Of a DNA stretch of 64,000 nt, positions 55,650 through 64,000 are shown piece after piece. The notes below the pieces were generated by a model. It did no database searches, had not been told where the DNA came from, and was given only the letters and a program-made list of their open reading frames with translations. Origin of the DNA: the human T2T-CHM13v2.0 reference genome, Homo sapiens. The stretch lies in the NCBI RefSeq assembly GCF_009914755.1, contig NC_060938.1. One strand, given 5' to 3'. The position numbers and the translations under genes were made by a program. Within the stretch, counting starts at the first letter, position 1; every line of letters begins with the position of its first letter.

Positions 55650-56165
55650 ATACGTTCCATATTTGGGGAATTTCTCACATTGAATGCCACTTTCTCAACA
55701 TAGGTGTTCTGACTTTGAAGATAAAACTCAAATCCTTCAGTCTTCCATGAAGCTGAGATTCAGGCAAGTGACTCAGGCTCCACCAATCAGATAAGCCCAT
55801 ACAAGACTTGATGCCTAAGGAAACAGGCTTCACGTAAGACTTTGTCGTTGCTGCTGTGGGTGGCAGCAGTTTGGTGTTGGGAAGGCCAAATACATCATGA
55901 AGAGTGGCAGTGGTGCCATCTGCAGCAGCCATGCCAGTCAAGTTCCTAGTGCTCAGTTCTTAGCATTGGAGGTGGTGGCACGATTTCCTCTCATCCAGTT
56001 CTGCTGTTTGGTCTTGCGCATTATTCCTAAAAGCTCAACTTCCAATCTGTTTCTCCAGCTCCCTCCTTTTTCTGTGAGCTATTTAATACCCTTTAATAAG
56101 TCATTTTTCTGCTTAAATTAGCCAGAATAGATTTTGTGCTTGCAGCTAAGAACCCTGATAATACA
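55650..56165 (+). mobile_element. ERVL LTR (LTR33-like)
   Basis: 'gtgactcaggctccaccaatcaga', 'ttctgcttaaattagccagaatagatt...ctaagaaccctgataataca'. Confidence 0.7.
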
Positions 56166-57074
56166 GGCAATGACATCAGTTCATGTTTTTGACTCATATT
56201 AATTAATTTACTCAATACGCATTTACGGCATGCATACCAAGCTCTATGGTTTCCAACTAGAGCACCTTCGTGAATGGTGGAATAAGAAAGAGATAAAACA
56301 CAGGAGGTGAGACAAGTGTTGGACATATTAAGACTGAGAGGATTCTTTATTTCTGCCACCCCAAATCCAATCTTTCACCAAATCCTCACAATTGTATTTC
56401 TTAAATATCTTTCTCATCTTTTCCACACCCCCTTTCTCCTTCCATAACTGTTCATTCATTCAGCAAACATTCAACTTCAGGACTTGTTATTTTTCACTTC
56501 AGTTACTAAATTGCCAGTTGCGACAACTAAGATCAGGTAGTTTTTTACAAACTACATTGTTACATGTCATTGCCTACGCTGTTCTGAGAATCTGGGAAAC
56601 CCTGCCTTTCCCCTTTTTTACATGAACAGCTCCAGCTACTATTTGTACTTTAAGCTGTAGAGAATGTCTTTTCTAACTCACATACTACATTGTATGATAA
56701 TTATGTGGCTATTTATTTGACTTATCCAGCTGGCACCAGTCATCCAAGTAGGGCACATTGTCATGTATTATTTACTGTTATATCTCCAGCACTTTTACCA
56801 GTGCCTGGTATATAATAGGTTCGTAGTCAATACTTGTTGAAAGAACATATGATTTGTAATGATTTATTACATATTTATCTCTCTGTTCAGTCTATGAGCT
56901 TCTTCAGAATAATACAATGTCTGGTGTATAATAGGGACTCAATAATGACTTATTAATGAGGTGTATTTGGGGCCTCTGCTGAACATAATTGGTGACAAAA
57001 AAAATTATGATTCGAATTCTTAAACAGAAGCTAGGCTTGGAGATTAGGGTTTGGGAATTGTCAGGTGGTGGTTT

Positions 57075-57520
57075 GTGGTGGCTACGTGAAGGCATCTCTC
57101 AGATCAGTGACAGTAGGGAGCGTAACTGATTTATGCACAGCTGGCTTCTGTGCTTCACAATCCTTCCTGTATTTGCACTGTGGCCAACCTCCCATGGGCT
57201 GCTCCCAGACAATGACAAGGTGCAGAAGGGATACAATGGAAGGCTAATTTTTGGAAATGAGGGACTACTATGATAAGTGATGTTGGTATGAGTCTTCTCC
57301 GGTGACCTTGCCAAACACTCCTTACAACCACACAGCAGTCTAAGATGCTTCCATCCACCTTTCCTTCCTTCTCTCCTTCACTTGGGGTCAGAATGGCATT
57401 GCAGACTCGTGCATCTGGCCTTTATAGGCTTCCTTACCATGTTCTCTCACAGGCACTTCCCTAAATAAATTTCCTGTACATTCAGTCTTGTCCTGGGTGT
57501 GGATCCTGTTCCAGAGATCT
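57075..57520 (+). mobile_element. ERVL LTR (LTR16-like)
   Basis: 'cccatgggctgctcccagacaatgac', 'ttcacttggggtcaga', 'tctctcacaggcacttccctaaataaa'. Confidence 0.65.
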
Positions 57521-58645
57521 GTGAATTTAAAAGACCTAGCCACCCACACTTCACACATCCAAACAGATCATTCCAACAGATGCTCCCATTCAAAAGGAGG
57601 AAGACCAACAACTAGTCTGTAGCAATTCTGTAGCCAGGTACATGTCACCAGTTTCTCCAATTTCTCCTGTTTTCTTTAATTAGAGTATATTCTGCTTTCT
57701 CAGTGGTTCCCTAACCCATTGTTCCCCTAGTCTCTTGGCTCTACACTCAGGGCTCTTGCTTCATATTCTGGGTTCTTGTTTTTCTTTAAGAAGTGAACCA
57801 TGTTTGCAGCTGAGTACATTTCTCAGTCTGCTTCTTGCCAATAGGAAATTAGGGCCTAGAGCTCTCTTTTCATTTTGAATGATCTTTGGACCTTTTAGTC
57901 AAAGGTGATATAATTTTCTTAAAACATTGTGAGTTTCCTATATATCCGATTGGATTCCCATGCCCCGCAAGTCAGTCACATCCATAATTCTTTTTGAGAC
58001 AGACCTTTCCCTCTACCTTGAGTTAGTTGTAAGGCTGCCATAGGGCAGTAACTTTAGGTTCTTGGAAGACTTTTTTTCCCCAACTGAATCTATCTACTAG
58101 TCACTATTTAAAATCTTTCAGAGGTCTTAACAAGGGATCTTACAATAAACCATATTCTTGGTTTGATCTTTATCTTGTTACCATTTCTAACTTTGAAAAT
58201 CTGTTGCTTTCTGAAGAGAATGGGGATGAGAAACAGTTTTGTTTTCCAACTTAACAAATCCTGACCCATCTATATTTCCTGTAAATTATGCTGGTAAATG
58301 AAATAATTTCCTTTTCAGCTCATCTTTATTTTGCAATTCTTTATCATACCCAGGTAAAAAAAGCCACTTGATAAGTTCAGTGTTCAACCTGGAAATCCAA
58401 AATCTTGGTAGGCAAATTATATATCTTCTATAATAAATTACCACAACTGATATATTTGCTAGTTGTTCCACCATTTCATAACACAAGTCATCCTATTCCT
58501 GCTTCTAATAACAATGCCTCATGGCTTTCACTGACATTCTCCTCACTGCCTTCCAGCCTCCACCGGCTGCCAGTCACCAAACAAATGCTATATCTTTTAA
58601 GTTTTTGTTATGGTATCGCTCTATTCTACTTCCAAGTGCCAATTT
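57520..58645 (-). mobile_element. MaLR internal sequence (MLT1-int) adjoining its LTR
   Basis: 'cccattcaaaaggagg', 'gagaatggggatgagaaacag', and a junction 'ctacttccaagtgccaattt' directly before the LTR. Confidence 0.55.
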
Positions 58646-59190
58646 TTATTTTAGTTATCTATTGCTACACAACACATCACCCCAGATAACAACAAATCAT
58701 TCTTTCTCATGATTCCATTGGTTAGCTGGCAGTTCTGGCATTTTTTTTTTCCTGGGATTACTCATGCATTAAGCTAGAAAGTCATCTGGGATGGAAGGTC
58801 TAAGATGGCATCATGCATTTGTTTTACAGTTGGTTCTGGCTATTGGCTAGCATGCCTTCTCCCACCCCTACCCCAGCCCACCTAATGGCCCTCACACCAT
58901 ATTTTCTCTTATTTTCTAGGACTAGTGTCTATCTATGGCAGACTCTGGGCAGTATCCATGAGGACTAAAGCAGGAGCTGCTAGGCCCCTTGAAATCTATC
59001 CTCAGAAGTCACAAAATGCTACTTCTGCCAAATTCTATTGGTCAAAGCAAGTCCCAAAGCCAGCCCAGAGTTCAGCGATGGGGAAATAGATTCTCCCTCT
59101 TGACAGGAGAAGTGGCAAAGTCAATTACAAAATAATATCCACTCATGAATGGGAGGGGTTGTTGTGGTTATCTTTGCAAACTACCCAGCA
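58645..59190 (-). mobile_element. MaLR LTR (MLT1G/H-like)
   Basis: 'ttagttatctattgct', 'ttctattggtcaaagcaagtcccaaagccagcccaga', 'aatagattctccctcttga'. Confidence 0.75.
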
Positions 59191-59289
59191 CCATCATTAA
59201 CCCAGTTGCATGTCTTAGATTCCACGATTCTACTTCTCCATCAATTCACACATTGATTTATTAAAAAGTCTCTTAATTTTGCCTCCTAA

Positions 59290-59350
59290 ATCTTCCTTCC
59301 TTCCTTCTTTTTCTTTTCTTTTCTCCTTCCTTCCTTCTTCCCTCCCTCCC

Positions 59351-59406
<56 letters not shown>

Positions 59407-59430
59407 TCCTTCCTTCCTTCCTTCCTTCCT

Positions 59431-59486
<56 letters not shown>

Positions 59487-59516
59487 TTCTTTCTTTCTTT
59501 TTTCTTTCTGTTTTTT

Positions 59517-59570
<54 letters not shown>

Positions 59571-59616
59571 TTTCTTTCTTTCTTTCTTTCCTTCTTTATT
59601 CTTTTTTTTTTTTTTC
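59290..59616. repeat. Compound (TTCC)n/(TTTC)n polypyrimidine tract (expanded Alu tail)
   Basis: About 330 nt of almost pure pyrimidine on the + strand. Confidence 0.95.
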
Positions 59617-59895
59617 AGAGTCTCACTCTGTCACCCAGGCTGGAGTGCAGGCTGGCGTGATCGTAGCTCACTGCAACCTCCGCCTCCTTGGTTCAAGTGA
59701 TTCTTGTGCCTCAGCCTCCTAAGTAGCTGGGATTCCAGGCATGCACCACCACAGCCGGCTAATCTTTGTATTTTTAGTAGATTCGGGGTTTCGCCATGTT
59801 GGCCAGGCTGGTGTCCAACTCCTGAACTCAAGCCATCTGCCCATTTCGGCCTCCCAAAGTGCTGGGATTACAGGCGTGAGCCACTGTACCCAGCC
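59617..59895 (-). mobile_element. AluS/J-boundary type Alu (Sz-like)
   Basis: Reverse Alu with a short internal duplication caggctgg. Confidence 0.92.
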
Positions 59896-60682
59896 CTAAA
59901 TATTTCTTAAACATAATCCTTCCTCTCTATTCACAGTTCCAGTACTTTAAGGCCTTTGTGATTTTTTGCCTTTACAATTGAAATGATTTCCCTGCCAACA
60001 GTTTCCTTACCCAATGAACCAGAAAGATCTTTCAAAATCAAGTCCGATAATATGTTTCCATTGCTTAAAATCTTTCCACTGGTTCTGGTAGTATTTTCTT
60101 TCCTAATTTATGTGTTGTTTGTACAGGTGTGTTTGCTTTGTGAAAATTCATTGAGCTGTAAACTTACGGTTTGTGCACCTTTCTGTATGTATGACTTAAA
60201 TGAAAAGGTTATATTTTAAAATCCGCCTCCCATGGCTTCCCATTGTCCCCAGGATAGAATAAAAACCCTTAGCTTGATATTTAAAGCCTTTTGTGATTCT
60301 TGTCTTTCCAAATTCTTGTCACTATCCTAGTATTCCCATGTGTAATTACCTGTGTTCTGAAAATTAATTACATATTTTTTTAGACTACTTATCTTTTCTC
60401 TGCCCAGAATGCCCTTTTGTCATTGTCTACGTTCTTAAATATTATTCCTCCTTTAAAAATAAACCTAAGTGGCATCTTTTGGGACAAACTTTAATTCCCT
60501 TAAGGCATTACTTTCTTGTGTGCCCAAAGCCTACCATATACATCTCTAACACGTATAACATTGCTGTACCTATCTGTTTTTACTTCTGACACTTTTACTG
60601 GACGGTAAATTCCTCCATTGGCAGGAACATGATATATATATATCTTTTCCCAGAGTCTAACATTGTGTTTGTCATATAGTAT

Positions 60683-61052
60683 TGCTATGGACTGAATATT
60701 TGTGTGTCTCCAATGGTCATAGGTTGATATCCTAACACCCAATGTAATAGTATTAGAAGTTGGGGCCTTTCAGAGGTGATTAGGTGATAAGGATAGAGAC
60801 CTCATAAATGGAATTAGTACCCTTATTAAAAAAAAACCAAACAGATAGCTTCATTGCCCCTTCTGCCATGTGAGGTTACAGTGAAAAGATGGCCATCTAT
60901 GAACAAGGAAGTGGACCCTCATCAGACACCAAATCTTCCAGAGCTTTGATCTTGGACTTCCCAGCCTCCAGATGTGTGAGAAAGAAATTTCTGTTATGAT
61001 AAGTCACCTAATTTATGGCATTTTGTCATAGCAGCCTGAATAGAACAAGACA
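60683..61052 (+). mobile_element. MLT1A0-like solo LTR inserted in an L2
   Basis: 'tgctatggactgaatatttgtgt...ggacttcccagcctccaga...gaacaagaca' with TG...CA ends. Confidence 0.9.
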
Positions 61053-61199
61053 AATACATACCTCACAAACATGCTTTGAATACATGAATGAGAGAGGTAG
61101 ATTGAGGAAATATAATCTATGAGTGATGCTTTTGAAAAAAATTGCAATCAAATTTAGTAAATAGGTTATAGACATATTAATAAGTTAAATGAAAATATG

Positions 61200-63060
61200 A
61201 TAGAAAATAAATGAGTCATAAGTAACAATCTGTTAAATGTGAAACAAAGAAAGGGACCATCAGTGATGTAGGAATCAGAGGAGAGAAGTGGTCAGACCGT
61301 GGAACAGTAGAGACTGAACAACTAAATCTGAAAAGTTACGTAGTATTTGGATGGCTAGAAAGAGAGAAGAAAGTAATTCCATTAATGAGGATAACTTAAA
61401 ATATCTAGGAAGTAATGGTTGAGCTGTGTTTGGGGATAGTAAATAGAATAATTCTATTGGATTTTTTTTTTAATATGAAAGGAAATTGATAAAACAAAAT
61501 TCAGGCAAGGATGAGAAGTTTATAGGGAAAGTGGTAAGCTACATTTTGTATATGTTGAGTTGAAGGTGCCTGCAAAACACCAAATGGAGCTGTTTGGGTA
61601 GTGGTTAGAAATCTGGTCTGCATTTCAAGAGAAAAGGAAGATATACAGATTTGCTAGCCACATGCAAGCCAGTGAAATTGGCCTAAAAAATAATATACAG
61701 AGAGAAGGGAAGGGTTAACAATAGAACCTTGGGAGAAATCTATAATTAAAGGATAGAAAGAGGAAGACATGCCAAAAATGAAACCTAATAAGGCTCAAGA
61801 AAATAGAAAGGGACTCAGGGGATTGGAAAATCACAGGGGCCAATAGAAGAGAGAATTTTGAGAATCAGCAGGCAGTTGGCAGTGGCAAATGTACCAGAGA
61901 AGCTGAGAAGACTAAGAACTGCAATGAGGCTATTGGATTTGGCTTTTAGTAATTAAGCAATGGTCTTCAAGATTGCTATTTCAGCAAAGTGCTCAAGACT
62001 GAAAATAATACAGTGGGTTGAGAAGTCAGTGGGAAATTAAGAAGGGGAGGCAGAGCCCACTCAAGAAGAGTAGTGTGAAGGAAAGGGAGACTTGGCCTGG
62101 TAGTTTTAGAGATTAGCAGGGTTAAAAGAAGGCCCTTTTTTTCTCAGATGAAGTTCTTGAGAATGTTGCAGGTAGAAGGGAAGAAGTTGTTTTTTCAGAA
62201 GGAGGTAGAAAATGCCAGAGAGGGATAGGGCATAATTGATTGATGGGCCAAGATCCAAGAACAGATAGAAAGGCAAAGAACCAAGACCACTTGGAAAATG
62301 AAGAAAGTGAAGAATGAATGAGGATTCTGTAAAATATTGAGGGTTTTTAAGAATGTAAATGGGGACAACCCACACTGGAAGGCTTCAATATTTCTTAGCC
62401 AAGTAAGACGTGAAGTTGTCTACTTTACATGTACAGGAGAGAAGTGGGAGATTGAGGACGTGTGAAATGAGCTGGAAAATCAAGCAAAGATGAATAGAAA
62501 GGTTAACAATGAGATAAGAACAAGACACATAGAAGATATAGATCTATAGGGATTGTATTGCCTATGAATATGTTAGAGATATACTTTGTGTGTGCTTAAA
62601 TAATTAATATACACTTATTACAAAATCCCATCACACAGAAATGAATACTGTTAGGTGACATTACAGTGAAAACATCCAGAGGGGCTGATGTCTAACTAGA
62701 TATGGGGCATGAGTATGAGATAATCAGTTGACCGAGGTTGTAATTCTGAGTGGTTGGAAGAATAAATATGCCTTTGCTAGAACTAAAACAGTCAGCATTA
62801 AATTTGATGTGGGAAATCATAAAGTTAAAGAAAGAATCCCATTGCTTTACATGGCTAAGATTTTGATGGTGAGTTAATGATCAGAGGGGGATAGAAGGTA
62901 ACATAGAGATGAGGGACCTAGAATATGGTTGGAGAGAAAGGTAAAGAACAAGGCAAGCGCTATGACCAGAGGAAAAGGGGCAAATGTTTTCAACTGTATT
63001 TAGTGGTATAAAGAAGTCAAGGAGAAAGAGAACAAGGAATACATCAGTTCTGTGATTAGC
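61200..63060 (-). mobile_element. Degenerate L2 fragments
   Basis: 'tatgttgagttgaaggtgcctg', 'ctattggatttggc', 'cagtgggttgagaag', 'gtccattgattt'. Confidence 0.6.
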
Positions 63061-64000
63061 TGGAAAAACTGTCCATTGATTTTCTTTAAATGATGGCCTT
63101 GCTTTCACAATTAGCTTTAAAATGAATTATCTCACAGTACCACAAGTTATTGCTCAGAAGTTTCTTTGAAGCATTCATTACAAAGGAGAATTTTTTTTCT
63201 TTTTTTACTAAGCCTTAGGAGTAGGGTCTATGCTGGAGTCAAAAATTTTCAAAAGAAAACTTCAAATTAGCTTTGAAAACCTTTGTAAAATAGGCCTTTA
63301 CTTTCAATGTTTTGAATTGCCACATTGAATTTACTTCATTATTTTTCACTGAACAATTTCTGTAGCCTTCTGAGATAATATTATTCCTTCCCAGACAATG
63401 CTCACTGCCAATATATATAGAGGCAATATTTTTGAGTGTAATATTCTCTGAAACTATCTTGGCATTTTTGCTGAGAGGCAGTTTAAACTGGAGAGAGGCT
63501 GACCAACAGCCCAAGAGAACAATATCCTTGAATAGTTTGTATCTAAGTCTTGGTTTTTTATTTTGAAGCTCTATATTTTTAATAGAGGCTCTTGAGTTTC
63601 TTGCTATCAATGTGTTAAAACAAGCTACCAAGAGAAATAATTACAGCAACTTTTGTGCATAAATTAAATGATCTGGGGTCGTTATTAGAGTGCATTTACA
63701 AAGGCCATTTCCATGGGATTTATCTATGACTAAGGGGTGAGATAATTAACAACATCAGACTGAAATGCTTTTATTCATCTCATATTTACAGAATAATGCA
63801 GGAAAATAGAGAATTCTTTAGATGCAACCAAAGTTTGAATTAATCTTAGCTGTTATGTATGATTAACAATGTACCAAAAAGTATGAAAGCAACATTTTAG
63901 TATTTTGTTCCACATATTAATACTGCTAAAATTAAATTCTCTAGCGGTCCTATCTCAAATTATTCTTATAACCACTTAGAGACAGCTTTGTTTTTCTGAA

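Noticed and set aside
63239-63631. 130-aa minus-strand ORF
   Set aside because: AT-rich with a non-ATG start, no recognisable domain and no convincing flanking splice sites.

Overview
This is primate (human-like) euchromatic genomic DNA, dominated by interspersed repeats. It contains about 20 Alus (J, S and Y types, many with target-site duplications), a near full-length decayed Tigger1 DNA transposon (5396-7852), many MIR/L2/L3/L1M fragments, MER5/MER3/MER46C/MER104/MER102-like/MADE2 DNA-transposon relics and several MaLR/ERVL LTRs. The one clearly functional landmark is a ~1.3-kb CpG island at ~27.4-28.7 kb with CCAAT and GC boxes. It most likely drives a minus-strand gene whose first exon (~28121-28430) is non-coding, so most of 1-28 kb would be its 5' intron(s). 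A divergent plus-strand spliced ncRNA is possible. I could not identify the gene, and no protein-coding exon is supportable: all listed ORFs are explained by repeats, GC-rich sequence or chance. I found no evidence for a novel multi-gene biological system. The most notable local structures are a near-perfect 23-bp hairpin at 29865-29916, the bidirectional promoter architecture, a ~60-bp non-tandem duplication at 52 kb, candidate TE-derived regulatory motifs, and several nested TE insertions with preserved TSDs. Repeat subfamily names come from recalled consensus similarity, not from a RepeatMasker run.
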